Shown here piece by piece: positions 25,379-37,984 of a stretch of 64,000 bases of DNA. Numbering within the stretch: the first letter of the stretch is position 1; the number at the start of each line of letters is the position of its first letter. The stretch is from Ginglymostoma cirratum. Taxonomy: Eukaryota. The DNA is taken from NCBI GenBank assembly GCA_024137785.1, contig JAHRHZ010000111.1:31689547-31753546 (forward strand), in the 5' to 3' direction. The translations under genes and the position numbers were made by a program. A model generated the notes under the pieces. The model made no database searches. It was not told the DNA's origin and saw only the letters and a program-made list of their open reading frames with translations.

Positions 25379-25800
25379 GCTAGAGATCAATAACTGTTTT
25401 TTCTTTAAAGTAGACAGAGTGTGAGATCCCAGGAACTCAATAAGGTAATAAAACCATGAGATTCCATAGTTATGAATAAATAAAACAAATTTTTCTTTTC
25501 AAAGTTACATCAGTAAAATAGCCTATAAGATATGCACAACTTATAGACTTATGTCTAGAATGTGGTAAGTATATGTAACAGAAAAACTTGTCGACTACCC
25601 CTCAGATGCAAATCAAATAGAAAATGTGGTCAAGACAAATCCCATGGATGTTTCAGTAACACCAAGATGATAATGACACTGTGGCTCATTAACTCATTAA
25701 AACTCTGTCTCTTTTACAAGGGTTTCCAATTTTTCACCTTCAAAGAACTCCCTTGAAAGCTGCCTTTTCGTGGACTGCCTCAAGGAGTGCATGTGCTCAA

Positions 25801-26034
25801 GTCATAGAATCTCTACAGAATTCCTGCAGGCCATTCGACCCATAGAGTACACACTGATCCTCCAGAGAGCATCCCACCCAGACCCACACCCTCTCCTATC
25901 CCTGTAATCTTGCATATCCCATGGTTAATTCTCAAAACCTACACATCCCTGGACACTATGGGCAATTTAGCATGGCTAATCCACCTAACCTGCGCATCTT
26001 TGGACTGTGGAAGGAAACCAGAGCACCCGGAGGA
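25801..26034 (-). mobile_element. 5'-truncated HE1-like V-SINE
   Basis: gggcaatttagcatggctaatccacctaacctgcgcatctttggactgtgg..gagcacccggaggaaa. Confidence 0.85.
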
Positions 26035-26049
26035 AATGGCCTAACTTAC

Positions 26050-26345
26050 CTGGAGTGTAGATGCAATGCTATTCATGCCTCAACAATGACTGTGATGGGG
26101 CTGATTGTAGGGCTGCTAAAGCCGTGGTTCTGTTGCTTGGAGTGATCTGTAGGGATGGTGGGCTGTGATTGCACAGTGTGCTGCCTTGTGCTTTGCTCAG
26201 CACAGTTGGAGCAGACAATAAGAGGGACCAGGCTTTGATGATGAGGCTAAGGACACTGGAGAGAAGGAAGCTCTCCTGTGCATTGGGCTGCTTTGGGTGC
26301 TCCAAGCTGGGCAGGACCTCATTGACACTCGCTTTCAAGAGATGG
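26050..26345 (+). pseudogene. PIF/Harbinger (HARBI1-like, DDE_Tnp_4) transposase C-terminal relic
   Basis: ECRCNAIHASTMTVMGLIVGLLKPWFCCLE*S resembles ERRYNxAHxSTRxVIERTIGLLKxRFRCLDRS. Confidence 0.65.
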
Positions 26346-26694
26346 GAAATGGTTGGGTGCAACAGACCATCATGGACTGGAAACTAGTCATTGGTTGTAA
26401 TGCCAGCATTTGGTTGATATTGTGAGGGGTGAGCTACAGTCTCCCTTGGTTTTGTCGGTGTTCACTTTTTCCCACTGCAAATAAAAGCTCATGTTTGGAA
26501 TTATCCAATTGCTTGTCTCTATGTCATGTTTCCACTGCTGGACAATGACAAGCTGCAGGTCTCCAGTAGCCATTGGGAGTAGAGGAGCAGTGACTTCGAG
26601 AGTTGTACAGACAGAATGTAGCTATATTCAGGTAAAGTGCATTTCCTATTGGCTAAGCAGAGTATCTGCAAAGGACTGACAGCTATGCTGACTA

Positions 26695-26857
26695 AGATAA
26701 CAAGGTGCAGAGCTGGATGAACACAGCAGGCCAAGCAGCATCAGAGGAGCAGGAAAGCTGACGTTTCAGGCCTAGACCCTTCTTCAGCTTGGCCTGCTGT
26801 GTTCATCCAGCTCTACGCCTTGTTATCTCAGATTCTCCAGCATCTGCAGTTCCTGCT
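26695..26857. mobile_element. Palindromic pLTR element (family A); right arm lacks the hammerhead
   Basis: Left arm ends at cttcttcag, right arm starts at cttggcctgctg; agctatgctg(a/g)cta at 26681-26694 and 26858-26871. Confidence 0.88.
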
Positions 26858-27389
26858 AGCTATGCTGGCTACGTGCCTTTGGGACTGCTGTGCCATGATG
26901 TTGCTGGTCAGGGGCAATGCTAATGATCGTCCAGGTGCACAGCAGCCTCTCAAAATGGCTTGGATGCAATGGATGTGACCAATTCTGAATATCTGGTGAG
27001 TAATTCCAGGGATGCTGCTTGATAAGACCATGGGATGGGAGGGTAGACAGTTAATAAGGTGCATCAGCTAAAGTACGATGAGAAATCTTGCTTGGCCTTG
27101 AGGTGAAAATCCCTCCTAAAGAACCTCAATGCAGTTCACACATTGCCAACAAAATGTATTATTCTGCCTAGATATTTATCTGGCAAGTCATTACGAGCAA
27201 TGCCAGAGGAGATATGTTCAATGGTTTAGACACATACACATATATATACATATACATCAAAATTTCACTTCAAATTTTTACCAATGTGAATTTAGTTTAA
27301 AAATATAAAAATAGTCATTCACTGTACCTTTCGACTTTGGGAATGAATCATTAAAACAATAACTCAGTTGTTATCGAGAGAGAACCTAC

Positions 27390-27930
27390 TCCTGCACCAG
27401 CAATTAGTCTCTAATTGATCTGTAGATTTGCCTAACCATAATTACCATCTAATGGAGCTGAGCAGGGCTTGTGGTCTTAAAGGGATATACCTATTACACA
27501 CCCCATCAGTGTAACGGCTAAATAATCTGTTACGGATATGATAGTCCTGTTTTTAGAAAATGTTGTATCCTCTGGTTAATAACGGCAGTGTTACAGCAGA
27601 CCTGCCAGTGAGGTTAAATGACCTTGACTCATATCTCAGTGATTAAGATGCAATATCTCATCAAAGGAAGAATCTGCATAACCAATAGTTCCCTTGTGGT
27701 TAATAATAGATGGAACTTCCTCTTGTTTTGAGGCAGCTGGCAGAACTTTTTCATATCAGGCCATTCAATTAACTGGTAAATACGTAATTGCATGTTATTA
27801 AGAAAGGGCAATCATTTCTGATCAGTTTCTGTTCAGTTTCTGTCTCCCAAATGATGCACACGCAGAATAAGTAATGTCAGTAAATATAATGAATGGTGTT
27901 AAACTTCAGCGCATCTTAATTTGTCTCCTT
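27390..27930. promoter_or_regulatory. Candidate conserved non-coding element/enhancer
   Basis: No recognisable repeat; palindrome CAATTAGtctCTAATTG 27401-27417, AGGTTAaaTGACCT 27611-27624, TGACCTTGA 27619-27627, TGACTCA 27625-27631, ATCAAAG 27660-27666, many TAAT. Confidence 0.35.
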
Positions 27931-29149
27931 ACAACCAACTTTTTTGTCCATGCTTTTGTTCACATTGGGTATGGCATTGAAAGGCCTAGCAGGCCTTACC
28001 TTACACTGTTATCCTGCTTGCATGGTGTTTTCTAGAGCAATGAACAGACATAGTTACCCTTGTTGTGTGTGTGATCGTGTTGTATTCGCGCTGTACCCGA
28101 CATCACACAGCTCATCTGGCTGATGTAATTCTAGGATTTTAAATTTAGACAACACAAGACCTGCCAAAGTCTATGTTATTTGTTTTTTAAATAAAAGCGA
28201 AAATCAGCAACGTGGGGTCGATGGTATATTATTTAAAGAATCAAGCCAATTATAGGTAAGGCATTTTCTACTCGTGCTTGAAACTACTTGAAGCTCCTGG
28301 GTCAATTTCTGCACTTACTAGGGAATGTTCCCTCATCACCACAGCGATGGCACACAGATAGTTAACTTGTCCAAACACATGTTTCAACATGAATGGAGGC
28401 TGCTGGATCTGCAGCATGGTTGTGTAGCACAATTGTATACAATGATACTTTGGGACTATGCCATTATTGATGTCATAATGTTTTCTGAATGAGATGGAAC
28501 TGGGATCAGAGCATGTAAGGTCTTGGAGAAATTCTCTCTCCTATCCTCTCAATGTGTGTAATGTCACACTGAATCAGGCTGGTTTGTGTTACTTACCTGA
28601 GTGCTCATGCAATGTGTAGTATTTCAGACCATATACTAGCTGTTCCAGTCCCAAATGGCTCTTATTCAAGATCCAAGTCTTTATCCTCCTAAAAATGTGT
28701 CTAACAAATTAGAAATCTCATGGCATATGTCATAAGGTGACAGCTCCTCCTGCTATGCATACACATATAATTGCAGATGGATTAAAGGTATACCACCATT
28801 GCTGCTTTCTACTTATACCCAGTTGCATTTTATAATGATTCATTTCCCATCAAAATGTTTCATTGCAATTCTCAAAACAAAATGTTGTTACACCCATCTG
28901 CTTATTTATTCACTCTAATGATTTATCTAATGATTTCATTTTTCTCAAAGATTAAAGTTCTGTTAGCTTACTTTGTACACCAGCATGGAGCTTCTGACTT
29001 TACAGAGTAGAGTTTGTTCTCCCTGCATCAAGTTGATAATGTATACAATGAAACGTGTTCAAGCAGTATTCAGGTTCTGGTCAAATTTGAAAAATATAGC
29101 TACGCTGAAATGAAATGTTGACAAAACATAAAAGGTGTGACTAACATTT

Positions 29150-29550
29150 GTAAGGATGATAACAGAATTGAGAGAATATACTTATCATGAAAGTTTATTC
29201 GGGACCTTTAAAATTATGAGTAGTTTGATGAGGTAGATATAGATATTTCTAATTGTGGATGAGACCTGGACATAGCGTTACAAATATAATATTGCTGTGA
29301 ATAAATAAATACGTAAGGAATTCAGGAGAAATCTTTTTATTTAAAGAGTGGTTGGGATACTGGAACTTACTACCACATGGAGTGTTGGCAGAATATAGAA
29401 TTGGTACATTTAAAGAAAAAGCAAGAAAGTACATGAAGGAGAGAGAATAGGAAATGTTGGTATGATGGAATGGGGTGAAGTAGGGTGAACATAATCACTA
29501 GGGTAGACCTGTTGGGCTCAATGGTCTGCTTTATTCTGTGAGTTCTACAT
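29150..29550 (+). mobile_element. Old CR1 3' fragment
   Basis: ggaattcaggagaaatcttttt..agagtggttggga..ctaccacatggagtg..ctgttgggctcaatggtctg. Confidence 0.7.
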
Positions 29551-29999
29551 TGCGAATACAACAAAATCTCACAACTTATCTTCCAACCTACATTTTAGTA
29601 ATCAGATAGCTTTAAATTAAGTTCTTGCTGTCACGTCTCTCAGTGCCTAGTGAACTCAATATGAACAGCTGAGCAGCAAAGGAAGACTGGAGAAGGGAAA
29701 TTGATGGAAATTCACAGCAGCTCAATAGACACCTGAAAGACAATAATTCATATTTTTGGTGAAACGTTTTATGAGAACTAATGTGCCAAAGAATAATTTA
29801 ATGCCCGTTATACTTTCAGTATAGTGTATTTCTTTGGCTTGATAACTGAATAATCTCAGTAAGTTCATGTGCCTGTACTGTCAATGGCTATCACAGGAAC
29901 TGACATTAGTGAACTTCTTGAAAGATAAAGCATAGCATCCTTTAGGAATAACTCTTTTATGCCGGGTTATCAAAACATTCAATTTTAATGATATCCATT

Positions 30000-31230
30000 A
30001 TTATTGGCTATCATCAAGACTGCCTTCTCCTACATCTGTATAATATTGCCTCAGCTTCAGCCCTTTTGATACGTAAACCTTTTCCCATGCCTTCATTGCC
30101 TTTGGACTGGACCAACTCAATGCTGCCTGGCTGGTCTCCAATCATCTACTCTTCATCCACATGAACAAAACCCAAATCCTGCCACTTGCACACTAACTAA
30201 CACAAATTAGCACAAACATCCAGGCATGGTTGGGCCTGAAGTGGGGAGAGAATTTGATTGCGTAGCATGGTGGTGGATAAGAGCCCTGCCAATCAATGGT
30301 CACTTAATGGCCTCATCTCACCTGCCCTGCAATGGCTCCAGGTGAGACAAGAAAGAGTTGGTCGAGCTGACCGGTTAACCAGAGTTGACAAGCTGTCAGT
30401 TTGGGGTCAGTGCCTTGATCTGCACTAATCCGTCAATGATTCAAGGGATTAGACCCAGGCTTAAGGAGTGGCTGGTGAGAGTGTTTGTTTCTGGCCATTC
30501 ATACAACCCTGTCCCCATGACCTCATTCAGTGAGATCCTTCCAAACAACACTACCTTCCCACCGGCTCTTTGTCCTTGCAGCCTGGGGCCTGTTGTCCTT
30601 GCAGCAGCCACAGTCTCCATGATGGCACTGGGCAGTTTGGGAACTGACGGCAGCAGATTGACTAGGAGCTCTTGTAGGCTGGGAGTCCTGTTCTGAGTTC
30701 AGAATTCCAGGAGAAAACCAACTGGCTGTCAAACAACTGCCTGATACCCAGAAGATCAGGTGAGGTTTGCCATCCTTGTAGGCCATCAGTTTCTCTCCTG
30801 GAAACTCTCCGACATTTGGACTTAGTTTGAAAATAAGAAGTTTCAGGCCATAGCCTTGTTTACCCATCAACTTCATGTTTCTTCCATTGAAAATATTTGT
30901 GCTTTCAAATTCTTTCACTGGCCTCAATCCTTCCTATCTCTATAATATTAGAATCTGAGATCCCATAATTCCTTTAAGTCTGGTCTCTTGTGTGTCCTCA
31001 AATTTGTTTACCATTAACAGTCAGACTTCCAACACTTATGGGCCCTGAATTCAGTAATACATGCTCTAAACCACATCAACTCTCTTTCCTCTTTTAAGGA
31101 CCTCCTTCAGACATTCTACTCTGACCAAATGTTTGGCCAGCTGCCTAATGTCTCTTTAGTTTCAATGTCAATTTTGATCTGGTTGCACTCCATTAACCTC
31201 CTTGGAAAGTTTTTCGACATTACTATCATC
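30000..31230 (+). mobile_element. Old L2 LINE 3' region interrupted by an unclassified insert (~30220-30860)
   Basis: Decayed ETLxHAFxxxxLDxxNAxLAGL motif near 30070-30140; KIFVLSNSFTGLNPSYL near 30890-30940. Confidence 0.55.
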
Positions 31231-31269
31231 AAGATCATCACAGGAGTTAGTGCTGAAGAGACAGAAGGT

Positions 31270-31945
31270 TCAGCGCCAAATTTGTTGAAGACACAAAGGT
31301 AGGTAGGAGAGTAAGTTGTGAAAAGGACTTAAGGAGGCTTCAAAAAGATATAGATAGGTAAAGTGACTAGGTGGACGAAGTATAATGTGGGAATATGTGA
31401 AATTGTCTATTTTGGTAGGAAGAATAAAGGAGGCGCATATTGTCTAAATGGTGAGAGATTTCAGAGATCTGAGATACAAAGGGATGTGGGTGTCCTTGTG
31501 CATGGGGCTTACCATACTAATACATTGATTGGGCTGGTTGTCTTATGAGGAAAGGTTAGACAGGCTGGGCTTATATCCCCTGAAGTTTGCATGAGTGTAC
31601 GGTGACTTGGTTGATACACACAATATCCTGAGGGTTCATGACAGGTTGGATGTGGAGAGCATGTTTCCTTGCATAGAGGAGTCAAGAAATTGACCTCACT
31701 CTTTTAAACTCAGGAGTCCTCCAAACATTGCAGTGTTTTGGAACTCCATTCTTGATAAGGTAGTGGAAGCAGAAGCACTGAATATTGTTAAGAAGAGTTG
31801 TGATAAGCAAGAGTCTTCATGGTTATTTTTGGCAGCTGAGAATGTGGATTTCAAGTTACAGTTAGATCAGCTGCAATCATATCAATTGGGCAAGTAAACT
31901 CAAGGGCTGAATGGCCTGCTGACTCTCCTTAATTGTATGCTTGTT
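31270..31945 (+). mobile_element. Degraded CR1 RT-to-3' fragment
   Basis: KFVEDTKVG; YNVGICEIVYFGRKNK..LNGERFQRSEIQRDVGVLVH. Confidence 0.8.
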
Positions 31946-32183
31946 TCAGAGTCTTGTACATGTTACGAAATCATCACAAAGATAGGGGGTTTTGATATCG
32001 AGTCAGCTCCAAGTTTCCTAAAAATACCATTAAAAAAAAAGAAATAAAAATGTACCAGCTGGGAAATTTCATCAAAAGTTATTACGAAACCTTTTAATGT
32101 TAGCAAAATCTGTCTCATTAGCTCTTTATTATGATTGAAAAAAGTAAGCTTCACGAAGGCACCAGTGAACAGGGTTTTGGGCA

Positions 32184-32851
32184 GAGATAATAGGAACTGC
32201 AGATGCTGGAAAATCCGAGATAACAAGGTGTGGAGCTGGATGAACACAGCAGGCCAAGCAGCATCATAGGAGCAGGAAAGCTTGATGTTTCGGGCCTAGA
32301 CCCTTCATCAGAAATGATGAAGGGTCTAGGCCCGNNNNNNNNNNNNNNNNNNNNNNNNNNNNNNNNNNNNNNNNNNNNNNNNNNNNNNNNNNNNNNNNNN
32401 NNNNNNNNNNNNNNNNNNNNNNNNNNNNNNNNNNNNNNNNNNNNNNNNNNNNNNNNNNNNNNNNNNNNNNNNNNNNNNNNNNNNNNNNNNNNNNNNNNNN
32501 NNNNNNNNNNNNNNNNNNNNNNNNNNNNNNNNNNNNNNNNNNNNNNNNNNNNNNNNNNNNNNNNNNNNNNNNNNNNNNNNNNNNNNNNNNNNNNNNNNNN
32601 NNNNNNNNNNNNNNNNNNNNNNNNNNNNNNNNNNNNNNNNNNNNNNNNNNNNNNNNNNNNNNNNNNNNNNNNNNNNNNNNNNNNNNNNNNNNNNNNNNNN
32701 NNNNNNNNNNNNNNNNNNNNNNNNNNNNNNNNNNCGGGCCTAGACCCTTCATCATTTCTGATGAAGGGTCTAGGCCCGAAACATCAAGCTTTCCTGCTCC
32801 TATGATGCTGCTTGGCCTGCTGTGTTCATCCAGCTCCACACCTTGTTATCT
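32184..32851. mobile_element. Palindromic pLTR element (family A) spanning an assembly gap
   Basis: 32218-32334 is the exact reverse complement of 32735-32851; 34-nt tail 32184-32217; agggttttgggca at 32171-32183 and 32852-32864. Confidence 0.88.
32335..32734. other. Assembly gap (400 N)
   Basis: Direct read. Confidence 1.
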
Positions 32852-34859
32852 AGGGTTTTGGGCATGTGTGCCTACATTTTATTCGTTTTGGTTGGTGAAA
32901 GGTGTGGAATTCTAATATAACTTAACAACAGTCTAGCCTACAGGCTTCAGACTGAAACTTATGCCTGTAGGGTAACAATAGCAGGACAGAGCTTACAAAT
33001 GTATGTTAATGCAATTGACATATTGGCTCAAAATTTTCTCTTAGCTGTAAAGCATAAGCAATAACTTATCCCTCATACATTTTCATATTTACATAGAACA
33101 TAATTTTACTCAATTAGACTACTTTCATGAACACAATAATCATCAAAATGCATGCGTCTGGACAAAGGGTAAAGATCAGATATGATGGCCCAGTCATTAA
33201 ATGTCCTATCAACCCCTACTTCATTCACACAATAAGGGTTGCCACTTCAGATGATTTTAATGGCAGGCTTTGTTACCATACAGTTGGAATACAACACCCT
33301 CAGTTCAGGAGAGGTAGGGAAGGGAAAACAAGGCATATTTGGGTATGAAAAAAGTGAAAATTCATCCCAAACTCAACATCTCATTATAATTCCTTATGTG
33401 GTCATACTCAATTGGCGCAATAGAGAGGAGGTACAGACCTTTTGACATTTAACTGTCAAATTTTCAGATTTGCTGTTAACAATTACTCCCAGAACAGAAA
33501 TGTTTTCGATACAATTGAAACGGAAGAAAGTCGAAACAATCAACTGACCCTCAGTATCTGAAGCAAAGGAAAAAGAATTTAGGCTGTTCATCAGAAGTTA
33601 AGAATACTTCCAAATCTTATTTACAAGATTTTAAGCTATCTTCTTTCTATAAAGGTTACGGTGAGCATAAATTAAAACAAGAACACCCTTGCACAAAATC
33701 TCAGTGGTGTACCTTTCATGGTGTAAAATGATTCTGACACAATTCTCTGAGGCAACAGAAAAGAAGTGAGATAGCATGTTAAAAAGCCAACACCACAATT
33801 AACTGTGCACTTTTTTTTCCCCTTCACTAAATGTCAAGCTAGCAGCAAGGGTTATTTTCAAACTGTGAACATTTCTTCCCCTCCCCTACAGTGTACAATA
33901 AAGAGCTTCACTTTTCTGATCCCTGTTTCCTCAGGTGAAGTATCGACTGGAAAACCTGGAAAGCTGAGTTTTCTGAGGCAGTGCTTGAAAGAAGTCAGAA
34001 ATACAAATGTAAGCTGCTGATTACCTGAGTGATCAAGGAATGGGAGGTGCCTCGAGTTTGGAACAGACAGGGCAGGGAGATGTAAAGAAAATATAAAAAA
34101 AAGGATTATCACTCACCATCATACACTAATGACAAATCTTGGTGCTACTAATAGATTTCTATAGGAAGACAGGAAGAAAATTAATCAGATTACCACTTTA
34201 TACTGCTCTCTTACGGTTCCTCAAACTCAGTTTCACAGCTCCACTTGTGTAGTGGCAGCAGGTTGCATGCTCTACTATCTTGGCTAGAAAAGTAGCCTTG
34301 AAGTCTCCATAGAATTCTTTATACCTTCACTCTGCTGCTGGGTCAAAGTTCTTGGCTCCCTCCCAATAACACTATGGGTGGCCATACATTCCAGGGACTG
34401 CATCAGTTGACAGAGGTAGCTCACTAATTAGAGGGTATTAGAGATAGCCATAAAGCCTATATCAAGGACCCAGCTGTACCTTCAGCCTCTAAATCTGTTG
34501 GTGGAGGAGGGAATGCCCAGAAAGCTTACAACTGATTGTTCTCCGTGCTGTGAATTCTCTAAAAGGCTTCATGCGTTGCCAACAATGGTACCTGCCCGTT
34601 GTCCATTGGAATCCAATTGTTAAAATTCACCACATTTGGGTTGTTGCAGCAGAAAGCAAAAAATGATCATTGTTGCCTAGTTTGAACATATGTGCCTCTT
34701 GGTGCATTCACAGGCTGTCATCCTTTCCCGTGGAAAATAGTACAGGTTTTAGACTTGTCGGATACTCTGTGGTATATGTCTCTGTTCCATTCTCCCACCC
34801 TATCTGATCCTTACTGTTGTCAATGGAGTAAGATTCTGCCAGATACTGTGCGAGGCAAA

Positions 34860-35420
34860 AGCAAAACTTTTGTAGATGTGGCTTTTGAAGTAGTGGACCA
34901 GAGAATGTCAATGGATGTTATTTATATGGGATTTCAGAAGGCATTTACAAAATTCCTTCATAAATTAGCTGAAATTGAAGCGCATGGAATCGAAAACAAA
35001 TTATTTGACAGTTAGACAGTTGCCTCAATGGTAAGGGGCAGAGAGTGGGATAATGGGCAGTATTCTATTTTGCAGGATGTGACTAGTTCTGTGAAGGAGT
35101 CTCAACTATTTTCTTATTAATTACTTATTGAGATCATGTAATAAAAAGCCACATACACAAATCTGCTGATGACACAAAAATATTGACAGCATGGTAATCA
35201 CTCCAGATGCAAGCATAAAATGACAAAAGAAAGACTGAATAGATTAAGTGAATGGGATGCTGTGGCAAGCTGACTTCAAAATAGCAAGTGCAAGGTCATC
35301 CATTTTGAACCTGATAGAACCAGAGTAATTTCTAAATGGTGAAAAGCTAGAAACTGTGGAGGTCCAATTACATTGGTTATTAAAGGATCACAAAGTGGCA
35401 CAGAAAATATTCAAAAATGT
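34860..35420 (+). mobile_element. Degraded CR1 RT fragment
   Basis: MDVIYMGFQKAFTKFLHKL..IEAHGIE; SADDTKI. Confidence 0.8.
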
Positions 35421-37066
35421 GGAAGGGGTATCCTCCATTGTGGCAAAGATCTGGTCCTTGATCTCTGGTTACAGTGTTATCAGAAGGGGCTCATTGACAA
35501 GTGCTAACAAAAAAGGCTTATATTGAGGGAGGAGTATCTGGAAGCTAGGGGAAGTTGGTACGAAAAGAGATAAATAGACTAAACAAAGGGTATAATAAAA
35601 TGAAGAGTTCAGAATGCAAATAGAGATATTTATTTTGTACAGCAGTTATCAAAGTACAACAGCTCACTGAAGGTGTTGCTGTTTTAATGACTGTCACTGA
35701 AAATTTGAGAATAGCTCTTGCACAACTACAGACTAATGGAGGCAGTTTTATAAGAATATCTACTCAGAGAGTAATTGAACATTATGAGTGTTCAGGCAAT
35801 ACATGTCAGCAGCAGTCCAGGCTCCTGCTAAGCAAATATTTTCAACCAGCTGCTGCCAGCTGATACAATACCAGCTCATCAGGAACTGGTACAAAACAAG
35901 ATTTCCATATATAGGTATGCTCCATTAGTTCAGAAGGGAAGCCCTGAGTGGGGCATGCGTTTGTCAGATATTCTTGGCACAACTCATCACCGTATTCTGA
36001 GCTGCAAGTTTAAGCAAACACACATTTCTAGCTATTACTACAGATAGGCATTGTTTGATCATTGTGTTTACAGAGTGGACATGAACTGGGGTTACTAATT
36101 ATAATGAAACATTTATGAATAGATATTTCCATATATGAATGCTGATAAATTTAAACAGTTATTGATGGCCAGCGAGGCTGTACTGGCATGATATCACACA
36201 CTGCCACACATTACAGCTCACATATCAATAATATTAAGCTTCAGCACTGCATCAATGATAGTAGATTCAATAAAAAGGAAGATTGTGCAAACTGAGTGAT
36301 GCAAACACACCCATTCAGACCATTCACATGTAGGATCAATGAAAGCCTGTGGCTCTACAATACCAACCGCTGAGATAAGGTTTAATTATTCTCCCTTAGA
36401 TATGCAGAAACTAATGAAGGCTTTAAAACTAAATTCCCCCAGACCCAGAGTTATACAGACACCGACACTCATTCAGCAAAGTTCAACAGACAGAACAGAT
36501 GGCTTATATACTTTCACTCTCACCTGTTGCCATTTGCTCATTGGTTCTTGCCATTTATGTCCTTCGGACTTGAAGGAAGGTCACATCAACCACATTCCTG
36601 TAAAACCTGTAATATCATCACCAGCGAGACACTGAGCAGAAAGTTTCCAACAACCACGCACCACAAATCAACATCAATCAGGAAGCATGAACATTCAAAA
36701 TTTTAAAAAGTTATTAACTTTAATTGCAATGCCAGTAGCTCACCAACACAAACCAGGGAAGCAGGATTTGACACAGATCTATTTAAGTGTTATGTTTTCA
36801 TTTAAGCTTTCCCTCTAGAACTGATATTTGAAATTTAATTTAAAGTATACTGGAGGAAGAATTGTTCTTATCCCTCTGAGCAAAGTCAGCAGAGTGACTC
36901 TTCCTCTGTTTATCAAATCTATTTTCTGAATAACCTGGACAAAGCGACATTTATCATCTTAATTCAAATGGCTATGCAGAGGCAGAGCTGTGCCTTCTCC
37001 TTATACCCTGGAAGTGCCCACAATAATGCCCCTTTGGCAATGGTGCTGGCTAGGAATAGCTGAGAG

Positions 37067-37420
37067 GCTAGTGGTATTATCACTGGACTGTTAATCCAGA
37101 GAGCCAGACAATGTTCTGGGGACCCAGGTTCGAATCCCACCATGGCAGATGGTGGAATTGGAATTCAATAAAATATCTGGAATTAAGAATCTAATGATGA
37201 CCGTGAATCTGTTGTTGATTGTTGGGAAAAACCCATCTGGTTCTCTAATGTCCTTTAGGGAAGGAAACTGCCATCCTTACCTGGTCAGGCCTACGTGTGA
37301 CTCCAGACCCACAGCAAATGTGGTTGACTCTTAGCTGCCCTCTGGGCAATTAGGAATGGGCAATAAATGCTGCCTAACCAGTGACATCCTCATCCTGTTA
37401 ATGAATAAAGGAAAAAAAAA
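37067..37420 (+). mobile_element. tRNA-derived SINE with LINE-derived 3' tail
   Basis: A-box-like tagtggtatt, B box ggttcgaatccc (~37127-37138), tail gggcaataaatgctg..gaataaaggaaaaaaaaa. Confidence 0.9.
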
Positions 37421-37984
37421 TCCTGATCCAGCAGTGATGGAAGAACACTGATTGATTTCTAAGGCACGACATTGTGCAACTGAGAGGTGACAGTGTCCCT
37501 GCAGCGTTGATACTTTTGACTTTTTTTTGTGGTAGAGGTCACTTCACTGGCAGGTGCTTTCGAAGTAAATTTGGCAGGTTGCTGCAATGAATCCTATAAC
37601 AAATGCTGCAGGCACAGGGCATCGATAATTGAATGGATGATAATCAGAATAAACTGCTCTGTCCTCAATTACATTTTTTTTTTGCCATTGCACCCAGCCA
37701 GGCGTTTATTCCATCACTTCTTGATTTGTAATCTATCAAGCTAAGTTGAAGTGTAATGGAAACAATTATTTTGAACCTATACATCCCGGGATTGATAAGG
37801 GATCCTTGTAAAATTAAATCTCCACTTTAACTTATGTGTTTCAGTTGATTAGTCATGTATTAACTGGTCTTAATGATCCTGTAGTCATTCCCAATGCAGT
37901 AATACAGTTGCATATTACATAAGTTTTTTTCTTGAGACAATATAATCTGTAAGTAATAATTTTTAATGCAGTATGTTGAACTAA

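Larger units (their letters stand above)
23513..25760 (-). mobile_element. Old LTR-like remnant (tgttatgatccc terminus) split by the Gypsy insertion
   Basis: Terminus is the reverse complement of gggatcataaca at 39611-39622; resumes after 25383; right boundary uncertain. Confidence 0.45.

Noticed and set aside
32230-32839. Two 191-aa ORFs with identical translation on both strands
   Set aside because: Artefact of reading through the N gap inside a palindrome.
37067-37145. tRNA gene (A/B boxes)
   Set aside because: It is a SINE head continuing into body and tail, present in several copies.
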